DNA of 64,000 nt, from positions 1 to 64,000 of the IMG/VR virus record IMGVR_UViG_3300028569_000031. One strand, written 5' to 3'. Under the pieces are notes generated by a model, which searched no databases, was not told where the DNA came from, and was given only the letters and a program-made list of their open reading frames with translations. Of the stretch, positions 37,007 to 45,636 are shown in pieces. The position numbers and the translations under genes are program-made. Numbering within the stretch: position 1 is the stretch's first letter; each line of letters opens with the position of its first letter. Source of the DNA: a virus.

Positions 37007-39472
37007 ATGTCTATTCCAGGTTCTACCAACCCCCTTTTATTATTTGGTGACCCCACTGGCGGACAGTACCAAATACAACGTTCGCTCAGATTCAATAGTA
37101 GTGACAGTGCCTACTTGTCTAAAACCTTCTCATCTTCAGCGACAAGTTCTAGAAAACTTACTTATTCAACTTGGGTAAAACGAGCGGCATTAGATGTTGG
37201 ATCGGTCCAACACTTTGGACTGTCTGCTGCAGTGTCTGGAAGCTCAAGAGACGCTATTAGATTTTCTGGCGACAGTATTCAAGTTTATTTCAATGAAGGA
37301 GCCTCTGGAATCGTAACTACAAACGCAGTATTTCGTGATCTTTCCGCTTGGTATCATATTGTTATTTCAATTGACACCACTAACTCTACCCCCGCTGATC
37401 GGGTCATAATATATGTCAACGGTAGCCGTCAGTCTACTTCTGGAACACAACCCTCTCAGAATTACGACTTTACCGGTTTTCTAGTATCGGGAAAACAGCA
37501 AAACATCGGCAGAAATCCGGCACCCGATTATTATGTAAACGCCTACTTGGCCGATGTATTCCTAATCGACGGCCAGGCATTAACCCCCAGCAGTTTCACA
37601 GAAGTCAGTGCCACTACTGGGCAACTCATACCCAAGGCATACACCGGCACATTTGGTACGAATGGATTCTGGCTGAAGTTCAGCGATAACTCCGCTCTAA
37701 CCAGTGGCAGCAATGTTGGGGTCGGCAAAGATTACTCAGGTAATGCAAATTACTTTAATACTTCTGGCCTCAGCGTTACTGCTGGTGCTGGGAATGACAG
37801 CCTCGTAGACACCCCGACTTCTTACGGCACCGATACCTACGTGGGTGGTGAGGTGAGGGGGAATTACTGCACGTGGAATCCGCTTGATCAAAAAAACTCC
37901 AATACTTTTTCTAATGGCAATCTTGATTGCGTGATTGCTGGGGCAGGAGAAATCTTTGGTACGCAAGGTGTAAGCAGTGGTAAGTGGTATTTTGAAATTG
38001 TTGGCACTGCTACAGCGGATTTCCTTGGTAGGTATGCAATTATTATGGGAGTTTGCAATTTATCAGTTACGCAAACAAGTCGATCTAGTGCAGGGTCGTG
38101 GTTATTCTATACCTATCTGGGGACAAAAATTTCAAACGGAGTGGAAACTTCTTACGGAAACCAAGCAGCATTAAACGCAGTTGTTGGTGTTGCAGTTGAT
38201 CTCGACAACTCAAAAATATGGTTTAGTGTTAATAATACTTGGCAAGCATCAGGAGATCCGGCGGCAGGGACAAACGCTGCGTTTACCAACGTATCTGGAG
38301 TTATTTCTCCTGTTGTATTCAATGGTAGCTCAAACTCTACAAATACTTTCGTATTAAATACAGGTTCTCGCGCATTTGCCTACACCGCCCCCAGCGGCTT
38401 CAAGGCACTATGCGATACCAACCTCGGCGCCCCATTAGTCGCCAAGCCTTCCACTGTATTCGATGTTATTACTTATACCGGCACAGGATCTAGCCTTACG
38501 CTGCCAAATGGTAGTAGTACTCCTACCAGCATTTCATTTACACCAGATTTTGCATGGTTGAAAGGTCGCTCAGGTGCAACAAACCATGCGCTGTATGACG
38601 CAGTCCGTGGTGTGCAAAAAGATTTAGTTAGCAACAGTACGTCTGCTGAAACAACGGAAACCACCGGGTTAACTGCGTTTGGAACTAATACCTTTACTGT
38701 TGGCAGTTTGGCAAAACTGAATACTAGTAGTTCTACATATGTTGCCTGGGCTTGGAATGCTGGCGGCACAACAGATCCTTCCAACACAGCAGGCTCCATC
38801 ACTAGTCAGGTGAGGGCGAATGTTAGTGCTGGGTTTAGCGTTGTTGGATGGACTTCAAACGGCACCTTTGGCATTGAAACAACGGGTCATGGGTTAGGCG
38901 TATCACCGGATTTGATCATTGTAAAAAACAGAGACTCCGGTACTGATCCATGGCAAGTATTTCATTCTTCTTTTAGCAATACAGCCTCCGATTATCTGTT
39001 CTTGAATACAACTGCGGCGAAGGCTACGTCTGGCGCAACTATTTGGACCAGAAGTTCAACAACGTTTGGTTATAGGCAGTCTTCTATTTTCACCAATGGA
39101 CAAAAAGGAATTGCTTACTGCTTCGCCCCAGTAGTCGGGTACTCTTCTTTCGGCAGCTACACCGGCAATGGCAGCGCAGATGGGCCGTTTGTGTATACCG
39201 GATTTAGGCCGAGGTGGATTATGGTGAAACGTACCGATTCTGCAATCCAGTGGACAATTCTGGACACATCTAGAAGCCCCAACAACGTCGCTGATGCTCG
39301 CCTTTTCCCAAACCTAGCTCAGGCAGAGACGGTCAACGGTGACGGCAACACCGATCTGCTTTCAAACGGTTTTAAGCCACGCAACATTGATAGCTCCTTT
39401 AACACAAACGGTGGCACTTACATATTTGCAGCCTTTGCAGAAAACCCATTCCAATACGCCCGTGCCAGGTGA
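37007..39472 (+). CDS. receptor-binding fibre with LamG/concanavalin and SPRY domains
   Basis: RSLRFN, RD.SAWYHIV, SGKWYFE, GVA.DLD..KIWF, YTGNG...GF.P.W, YI..AFAE.PF. Confidence 0.8.
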   Translation: MSIPGSTNPLLLFGDPTGGQYQIQRSLRFNSSDSAYLSKTFSSSATSSRKLTYSTWVKRAALDVGSVQHFGLSAAVSGSSRDAIRFSGDSIQVYFNEGASGIVTTNAVFRDLSAWYHIVISIDTTNSTPADRVIIYVNGSRQSTSGTQPSQNYDFTGFLVSGKQQNIGRNPAPDYYVNAYLADVFLIDGQALTPSSFTEVSATTGQLIPKAYTGTFGTNGFWLKFSDNSALTSGSNVGVGKDYSGNANYFNTSGLSVTAGAGNDSLVDTPTSYGTDTYVGGEVRGNYCTWNPLDQKNSNTFSNGNLDCVIAGAGEIFGTQGVSSGKWYFEIVGTATADFLGRYAIIMGVCNLSVTQTSRSSAGSWLFYTYLGTKISNGVETSYGNQAALNAVVGVAVDLDNSKIWFSVNNTWQASGDPAAGTNAAFTNVSGVISPVVFNGSSNSTNTFVLNTGSRAFAYTAPSGFKALCDTNLGAPLVAKPSTVFDVITYTGTGSSLTLPNGSSTPTSISFTPDFAWLKGRSGATNHALYDAVRGVQKDLVSNSTSAETTETTGLTAFGTNTFTVGSLAKLNTSSSTYVAWAWNAGGTTDPSNTAGSITSQVRANVSAGFSVVGWTSNGTFGIETTGHGLGVSPDLIIVKNRDSGTDPWQVFHSSFSNTASDYLFLNTTAAKATSGATIWTRSSTTFGYRQSSIFTNGQKGIAYCFAPVVGYSSFGSYTGNGSADGPFVYTGFRPRWIMVKRTDSAIQWTILDTSRSPNNVADARLFPNLAQAETVNGDGNTDLLSNGFKPRNIDSSFNTNGGTYIFAAFAENPFQYARAR

Positions 39473-39475
39473 GTA

Positions 39476-39697
39476 GTGAACACGGATACGATGCTGGGGG
39501 CAATGACACGTTTCTTCTCTGACCTTACCAAAAGCATCAGCGAAAAACGCCGCGAACAAATCGAACGCCGCAAAGCCGAGCTTCGGCAACGATTTTCTTC
39601 CAAAACCATCCATCGCCTTGCCGATAACAAACTTTACAAACTCACAGTCGATGGCTGGGTCGAGGTCCAGCCCAGACTCGATTCAGACAGGGCTTGA
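39476..39697 (+). CDS. hypothetical protein
   Basis: 73 aa ORF, GC-richer than flanks. Confidence 0.5.
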   Translation: MNTDTMLGAMTRFFSDLTKSISEKRREQIERRKAELRQRFSSKTIHRLADNKLYKLTVDGWVEVQPRLDSDRA

Positions 39698-39700
39698 CAC

Positions 39701-39834
39701 AAAAGTTTAGAACGCCCCACTTTTAACCCCGTGGAAATCGACGGGTTTGCTGTTTGCAAATAGCGAACAGTCAGGTACTTTTTCATGGATTCACAAATTT
39801 GCAAAATCGTGAAAAAGCCTTAACATGATTAGGC
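39701..39834. repeat. array 1 of heterogeneous imperfect palindromes
   Basis: five inverted repeats of 18-24 nt, mostly abutting. Confidence 0.75.
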
Positions 39835-39878
39835 AGCGAGTATCAGCTCCTGCTGCCGGCCACAATCCTCTGGAGATC

Positions 39879-40184
39879 ATGACCACCGAACTGTACGAGA
39901 TCCGTGACTACGCATACGAGCCAGGATGGGTTCATTACGTCACGGAAACAACCACTTCTATTGCAGACTCTTGGACAACTGCATTACCTCTTGACTCAGA
40001 AAATATTGAGAAGTTTGGTGCAGCAACACCGCCAAAAAGATTTAAAACAAAAGCAGAAGCCAAACCTTATCTTGATGCACTAAAAGCAGCACGTCTAGAA
40101 AATTGGGCAAAAGACGGCTATTTAGATAAAGCACGTGGGCGTTGTCGTCCTGCCTGGAAGATCTATGCTGCTAAAGCCTCCTAG
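39879..40184 (+). CDS. hypothetical protein
   Basis: GGAG RBS before ATG 39879. Confidence 0.6.
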   Translation: MTTELYEIRDYAYEPGWVHYVTETTTSIADSWTTALPLDSENIEKFGAATPPKRFKTKAEAKPYLDALKAARLENWAKDGYLDKARGRCRPAWKIYAAKAS

Positions 40185-40420
40185 TCCTTGGCTCTACTCA
40201 CCCGTGGAAGCCAAAGGGCTACCGATCAAGTACTGTGCACATACTGCACATTGCAACTCTCTGGAAATTCCGGACAGTTCAGGTGTGCCTAGTAGTCCCG
40301 CACACTAGTCCGGTCAACTACGATTGGGCTGGGTTGTAATTTTCTAGTACTTATTCAAAGAAAGCGGCTCAATTTTGAATAAGCCTCAATCTTATTCAAG
40401 TTTGACGCGGTAAAATAAGG
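40182..40420. repeat. array 2 of heterogeneous imperfect palindromes/hairpins
   Basis: seven inverted repeats of 23-40 nt in 240 nt. Confidence 0.75.
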
Positions 40421-40437
40421 CTGCTTATCACCAATCC

Positions 40438-40695
40438 ATGACTAACCCCGCTCCAGTAGCAACTATTCTTACAGTTTCTATCCACCGAACAAGTACGAAT
40501 CCTGTCCATGGCCGTGGGGTCCTACAGATTTCTATTGACGACGAAGGCGCAGGAGGTTTTATAAAAATACGTGAATTAGGTGATGATCTAGATAATTGCG
40601 TGCGCCTGGATGCTGATGAACTGGATTTGGTTTTCCAGGAAGCCAAAAAACTTATTGATCAGAAAACACTGCTTCCTTTTAAGGATCTGATTTAG
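40438..40695 (+). CDS. hypothetical phage protein
   Basis: SIDDEGAGGFI...RLD.DEL motif. Confidence 0.65.
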   Translation: MTNPAPVATILTVSIHRTSTNPVHGRGVLQISIDDEGAGGFIKIRELGDDLDNCVRLDADELDLVFQEAKKLIDQKTLLPFKDLI

Positions 40696-40699
40696 TAAC

Positions 40700-41011
40700 A
40701 TGACACCACAACAAAACGACGTACTCTTAGCTGCTGTTGATCTGATCAACGGTGGAATGGACATGGAAGAAGCATTGGGTTGTTACCGAGTTATTGCTCA
40801 ATACGTTGTGAAAACAATTCCACCTGATTCTGTAGAGAACAAGTACAATCTATTAAAACCGTTACCTGATCTTGAAAGGCAAGAAATAATGTGGCGCGTT
40901 GCTGTTACGTCCGCACTGGAAACAGGAGAGGCTCCATATGAACTTTTTGCTAATCGTCTTCATAGCTATCTTGCTGGTAAAAACCTCATGGAGATAGAGC
41001 AGCTATCTTGA
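40700..41011 (+). CDS. hypothetical protein
   Basis: 103 aa ORF. Confidence 0.6.
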   Translation: MTPQQNDVLLAAVDLINGGMDMEEALGCYRVIAQYVVKTIPPDSVENKYNLLKPLPDLERQEIMWRVAVTSALETGEAPYELFANRLHSYLAGKNLMEIEQLS

Positions 41012-41101
41012 GAATCCTAGATTGTTTGAAACATCTAATCACTATATATATATATGATATAAAAGAGATTGTTTAACAATTTTTATGGACATCTTACCAA
41101 T

Positions 41102-41127
41102 AAAAAAGACCCTCCGAAGAAGGTCTT
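41102..41127 (-). terminator. psbA terminator
   Basis: AAGACCTTC-TTCG-GAGGGTCTT-TTTT with cUUCGg loop. Confidence 0.8.
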
Positions 41128-41147
41128 AAGAACTGTTAATTTATTTA

Positions 41148-42227
41148 TCAACCAATAGAAGGTGCAGTAAGAGCAACAGAAGTTAACTCAGAAGCAGCAA
41201 GATCTAAAGGAAAGTTATGAGCATTTCTTTCATGCATTACTTCTAAACCAAGTCCAGCACGGTTCAGAATATCCGCCCAAGTTGGTACAACACGGTTCTG
41301 ACTGTCAACAATTGACTGGTTAAAATTAAATCCATTAAGATTAAACGCCATTGTAGAAACACCTAGAGCAGTGAACCAGATGCCAACAACCGGCCAAGCA
41401 GCTAAGAAAAAGTGAAGTGAACGACTGTTGTTGAACGAAGCATACTGGAAAATAAGTCTTCCAAAGTACCCGTGAGCAGCAACAATGTTGTAGGTCTCTT
41501 CTTCTTGGCCAAACTTATAGCCGTAGTTATGCGATTCATTCTCTGTGGTTTCACGAACCAAGCTGGAGGTAACCAATGAACCGTGCATTGCACTAAACAA
41601 GCTGCCACCAAACACACCTGCTACGCCGAGCATGTGGAAGGGGTGCATAAGAATGTTATGCTCAGCTTGGAACACCAACATGTAGTTGAATGTACCAGAG
41701 ATACCCAATGGCATCGCATCAGAAAAAGAACCTTGACCGAAAGGATATACAAGGAATACAGCAGTCGCAGCAGCAACAGGTGCTGAGTAAGCAACGCAGA
41801 TCCAAGGGCGCATTCCTAATCGATAGCTAAGTTCCCATTCGCGTCCCATGTAAGCAAAGATGCCAATGAGGAAGTGGAATACGACGAGTTGGAACGGCCC
41901 GCCGTTGTAGAGCCATTCATCAAGGGAAGCAGCTTCCCAAATTGGATAGAAATGTAATCCGATTGCATTTGAGGAGGGGACAACCGCTCCTGAAATAATG
42001 TTGTTTCCATAAAGTAAAGAGCCAGATACAGGCTCGCGGATCCCATCTATATCGACAGGTGGAGCACCAATAAAAGCTATGGTGAAGCAGACGGTAGCAG
42101 CAAGAAGTGTTGGAATCATTAGGACTCCAAACCAACCAACGTATATCCGATTTTCAGTTGAGGTTACCCAACGGCAAAATTGTTGCCATAGGTTCGTTTG
42201 TTCTTGTAAGGCAATTGAAGCAGTCAC
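41148..42227 (-). CDS. psbA: photosystem II D1 protein
   Basis: intact 359 aa D1 ([32 protein letters not shown]); GTG start, no intron. Confidence 0.99.
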   Translation of the reverse strand: MTASIALQEQTNLWQQFCRWVTSTENRIYVGWFGVLMIPTLLAATVCFTIAFIGAPPVDIDGIREPVSGSLLYGNNIISGAVVPSSNAIGLHFYPIWEAASLDEWLYNGGPFQLVVFHFLIGIFAYMGREWELSYRLGMRPWICVAYSAPVAAATAVFLVYPFGQGSFSDAMPLGISGTFNYMLVFQAEHNILMHPFHMLGVAGVFGGSLFSAMHGSLVTSSLVRETTENESHNYGYKFGQEEETYNIVAAHGYFGRLIFQYASFNNSRSLHFFLAAWPVVGIWFTALGVSTMAFNLNGFNFNQSIVDSQNRVVPTWADILNRAGLGLEVMHERNAHNFPLDLAASELTSVALTAPSIG

Positions 42228-42269
42228 TTTTAAAAGGGTAGGTATGAGTCCGGGGGACGAACGGGTTGT

Positions 42270-42342
42270 GTTATTCCCACATCACCCTCAGATGCGGGTA
42301 TTAGAGATGATTTACTTCTGATGATCTCGGTTTCAGAAGTGT
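42270..42342 (-). ncRNA. PhotoRC-II-like leader RNA
   Basis: ACUUCUGA/UCAGAAGU stem, loop GAGAU pairs with downstream AUCUC, then CCCGCAUC-UGAGGGU-GAUGUGGG; upstream of psbA. Confidence 0.75.
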
Positions 42343-42498
42343 AAGGAATTGTAAAGTTTTATCTTCATTCCCTGACTTATTCAGTATAGCTTGTTTAAAC
42401 ACAAATTGTGGGGGTGACCGAAGAACTTAAGTGGCTAAGAGTTCCTAAAGTGTACTAAAAAAACAAGTCTATAATTAGTAAAGAAAGGCTCAATTCAG

Positions 42499-43293
42499 TT
42501 GGCTGTTAATCCTAACAATTTTTTAAAAGAATACCTTGATCCAATCAAAGAGTCAGGGGAAGGTACGTTTGCTTATAATCCGAACTTGGAGTACGAAGAT
42601 ACGGCAGGACTGTTCGGAAGCATTTTACAAAAAGCACAACAATTTGTTAATAGCGCGAATAAATTAGGAACCGATGTTTACAGTGGCGCTGGTAGAGCTT
42701 ATGAAAATGTTGATAAGACAGTATTTAAAGGGTCACTTCCCTATGGTTCAGATTATGTTAAACCAAGTAGAAGCATTCCGGCAATTTTCAACGATGTCTT
42801 AGATAAAGGATTAATTCCAGTTCCAACAACAGATAGAAACACCTGGGCAGCAGCCACTGGCGTCAAGGCCTACGCTGGTCCATTGGGTAAACCATTTAGA
42901 GTAATGGATAATCCAGATGCGGCAAAGTATAGGTATGAAACCCTTGGCTACGCTCAACCATCAAACAATGATATTAATTATGGATTAAGTACCACCGGAA
43001 AATATAGACAAGGGTATGAAAAATTAAGGGATGAGCCTGCAAATATGGCAATTGGCCAATATTCAGCAACCCCAGATCGTTTTGGTTTTGTCAATGTAAC
43101 AGATAATTACAATACAAACAACCCTCTTAGCTGGTATTTTAATAAAGTTGTTGAAGGTTCTCCAAGTGAGAAAGGTTTTTACGCAGTTGCCGGGGCGGGT
43201 AAGGCCTTGGAAAACATTGGGTGGTTAAATCAACGACCACTGGGTTCAAGTGTCCCCATGGGATTTGTGAATCCCACAAACCGAGACAACTGA
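42499..43293 (+). CDS. hypothetical (putative virion) protein
   Basis: 264 aa; TATAAT at 42470; FLKEY motif. Confidence 0.6.
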   Translation: MAVNPNNFLKEYLDPIKESGEGTFAYNPNLEYEDTAGLFGSILQKAQQFVNSANKLGTDVYSGAGRAYENVDKTVFKGSLPYGSDYVKPSRSIPAIFNDVLDKGLIPVPTTDRNTWAAATGVKAYAGPLGKPFRVMDNPDAAKYRYETLGYAQPSNNDINYGLSTTGKYRQGYEKLRDEPANMAIGQYSATPDRFGFVNVTDNYNTNNPLSWYFNKVVEGSPSEKGFYAVAGAGKALENIGWLNQRPLGSSVPMGFVNPTNRDN

Positions 43294-43482
43294 AATCACA
43301 ACTCCAAGTAAAATCCACGTTCCGTCCGCAAAAACATTGATTCTATGTCGTAACTCCGCATGGTTATTCTGTGTTTCATATGCTTTATTTAACTGATACA
43401 TATCAGTAAGCCCCCAGTAAGATGACACGGTGGCTGCACCAAGACCAAATATAAAGGAACAAGAAAGAAAAAAGTTTTTCAT
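43246..43482 (-). CDS. two-TM membrane protein
   Basis: two hydrophobic helices. Confidence 0.6.
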   Translation of the reverse strand: MKNFFLSCSFIFGLGAATVSSYWGLTDMYQLNKAYETQNNHAELRHRINVFADGTWILLGVVISVVSVCGIHKSHGDT

Positions 43483-43620
43483 ATGCCTTGTGAAAATTTG
43501 AGAAGGTTTGTGGATAGGATTGAGATTAGATCTAAGCAGTTTAACGTCATGTTTAGGACGATTATTTAAAATAAAAACAAAACACTTGTTACAATTGATT
43601 TAACAGTTGCTTGCGTGGTC

Positions 43621-43872
43621 ATGCCTAACTGGCTCTGGCGTTCAATACTTGCTACAGCGGCTTCAATCATGTTGCTTACTGTCGCTCAGTGGGGGGCCTG
43701 TAGATTTTATGTTTTTCCAACAGCATGGCCTTGGTACGCTAAGTATGTAGGCACTCCTGAAGGTAAAGCTATCGAAGCTCAACCAACCTGTGCAGACAGT
43801 GATAGCAGAGCCATAACATCTATGATGGCTGTGTTAACAACATTAATAAGCCTTAGTCGTAAGGCTGATTAA
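43621..43872 (+). CDS. two-TM membrane protein (holin-like candidate)
   Basis: two hydrophobic helices with a Cys pair between them. Confidence 0.55.
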   Translation: MPNWLWRSILATAASIMLLTVAQWGACRFYVFPTAWPWYAKYVGTPEGKAIEAQPTCADSDSRAITSMMAVLTTLISLSRKAD

Positions 43873-43892
43873 CTCAATTTAATAAGCATGCA

Positions 43893-44075
43893 ATGAAAGT
43901 TAAAACCCGTGTAGTTCTTGAAGATGCTATAGATAGGGGTATTCGAGATGGTTATCGTCGTGCCCATAAACACGTTGAAAATCCAGAAGAAGACTCAATT
44001 CACCTGGCAATAGAAGACGCTATCTGGCATGAACTTGATAAAGTTTTTTGTTTTGATGATGAATACACTACTTAA
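43893..44075 (+). CDS. small phage protein
   Basis: GI..GYRRAHKH.E.P motif. Confidence 0.65.
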   Translation: MKVKTRVVLEDAIDRGIRDGYRRAHKHVENPEEDSIHLAIEDAIWHELDKVFCFDDEYTT

Positions 44076-44080
44076 TGGTT

Positions 44081-44932
44081 TTATAAAACAGGCATTTCAT
44101 ACTCCTGAGTAACGTTTACATAATGCTTCCAAATAACTTCTGAACTGTTACCTGCCCAGTTTGCAACTTGTGCTACCGGAATCTGAGCTTCAATCCACCG
44201 GCTAATTGCCGTATGCCGCAAGTCATACGGTCTATACCTATTTTGAATAAGTTTTTCTTCATGCAACTCTTTCATTCGATCATAAAAATAACTTTGAAAC
44301 GCATACCTATTCCAAGGGAAAATATATTCACTAGTTTTTGATACGGCTTCCATGATTTCTTGGCACCTATTATTTAAAGGAACCCACCGTTTCCTATTTG
44401 TTTTTGTTGAATTTTTATACCCATGAGTAAGAGTATAGTTACTATGTACAAGGATTTTATTTTCTTTTATATCTTCCCATTTAAGTGCACGCACTTCGCC
44501 AGTACGCATTGCGGTTTGCAACATAAACTCAGAATAGAATGCCCAGTTAGCCCCGTTACGGGCTTGTTTTGATCCAAGTGCTTTCAGAACTAACTCTGTT
44601 TCTTGCCGTGGAATTACAATAATATCTACATCTTCCTGCGGTGGTTTTGGCATTTTAAAACTAACAATTGGGTTCTTATCAATTAACCTAATATCTTCAC
44701 TAGATGCCCAACGATATAACGATTTTATGTACATTGTTACACGCCGACTAGATTTAACAGGTTTTTGACTTAATATCCATGTTAATATTTTTCTTCCTTC
44801 ATTCAAATCTGTAATTGGACATTTGTTTAACCAGTTACCCACCTGCCTGTAGTCTGCAACCAGACTGGTCGGACATAGTGCAATGGCTCTTTCAGTTTTG
44901 AATTGCTCCCAGGCTTCAAGTAGTGTTGTCAT
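44081..44932 (-). CDS. int: tyrosine recombinase/integrase
   Basis: AMRTGEVRALKW (R), TKT (K), YDLRHT, WAGNS, KHY (Y nucleophile). Confidence 0.9.
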   Translation of the reverse strand: MTTLLEAWEQFKTERAIALCPTSLVADYRQVGNWLNKCPITDLNEGRKILTWILSQKPVKSSRRVTMYIKSLYRWASSEDIRLIDKNPIVSFKMPKPPQEDVDIIVIPRQETELVLKALGSKQARNGANWAFYSEFMLQTAMRTGEVRALKWEDIKENKILVHSNYTLTHGYKNSTKTNRKRWVPLNNRCQEIMEAVSKTSEYIFPWNRYAFQSYFYDRMKELHEEKLIQNRYRPYDLRHTAISRWIEAQIPVAQVANWAGNSSEVIWKHYVNVTQEYEMPVL

Positions 44933-45049
44933 TGGTGGGAATTTTGTTGGCCTAGCTTAGCATAAAATCGGTTAATGTGCCAGGATGGCTTCGGTTTCCT
45001 ACACCACAGGGGCTAAGAAGGCTTACAATGATTAAAAACCTGAAGCATA

Positions 45050-45616
45050 ATGTTTCTTTTAAACGGTAAGCCTATATCTCCAGATTCTCCGTTTGTGACG
45101 CCGGATGGGACCCAGTACCCTTCAAACTGGATCCGATTTGCTTCCCCTGAAGACCGAAAAGCAATTGGAATTACTGAAGTTCCTGATCCCCCTTACTATG
45201 ATCAACGGTTTTATTGGGCACCAGGAATACCTAAAGACCACGACCAGTTGGTTACTCAGTGGGTGGATCAAACCAGGCAGACTGCTAATACTTTAATTAG
45301 CCCTACGGATTGGATGATTGTGCGTTCTGTTGATAACGGGAAAGAAACAGATCCAGTCATTAAAACCTGGAGAGAAAACATACGTACTACATCAGGTCTT
45401 AAGGTTTCAAAAATTAAAGCTACAAAAACAACAAATGATTTAGCTAATTTTGTTACTTCACCTGAGTATTCTTCCTGGCCTGTGCAGGGTGCTAGTGACA
45501 ACTTAGTTACGTCAGATACAGTGATTGATTCTGGTACAACGGATTACGTTACCAATTCTGGTGGTATAGATTATCTTTCATTTAATTCAGGCACAACGAC
45601 TTCTGGTATAGTTTAG
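45050..45616 (+). CDS. tail fibre assembly chaperone-like protein
   Basis: QYP.NW...DQRFYW...TDW...W.E.IR. Confidence 0.65.
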   Translation: MFLLNGKPISPDSPFVTPDGTQYPSNWIRFASPEDRKAIGITEVPDPPYYDQRFYWAPGIPKDHDQLVTQWVDQTRQTANTLISPTDWMIVRSVDNGKETDPVIKTWRENIRTTSGLKVSKIKATKTTNDLANFVTSPEYSSWPVQGASDNLVTSDTVIDSGTTDYVTNSGGIDYLSFNSGTTTSGIV

Positions 45617-45636
45617 TATTAACACTTGCCACCATT

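Noticed and set aside
37007-39472. Diversity-generating retroelement acting on the fibre
   Set aside because: No reverse transcriptase and no adenine-variant TR/VR pair seen in the window.
39701-40420. CRISPR or mini-CRISPR array
   Set aside because: No identical repeats with unique spacers; every palindrome is different.
41043-41055. (TA)n microsatellite as phase-variation switch
   Set aside because: Lies between convergent gene ends, so no promoter or frame to alter.
41402-42321. Alternative-frame ORFs and possible intron in psbA
   Set aside because: D1 frame is continuous and full length; the other ORFs are shadows.
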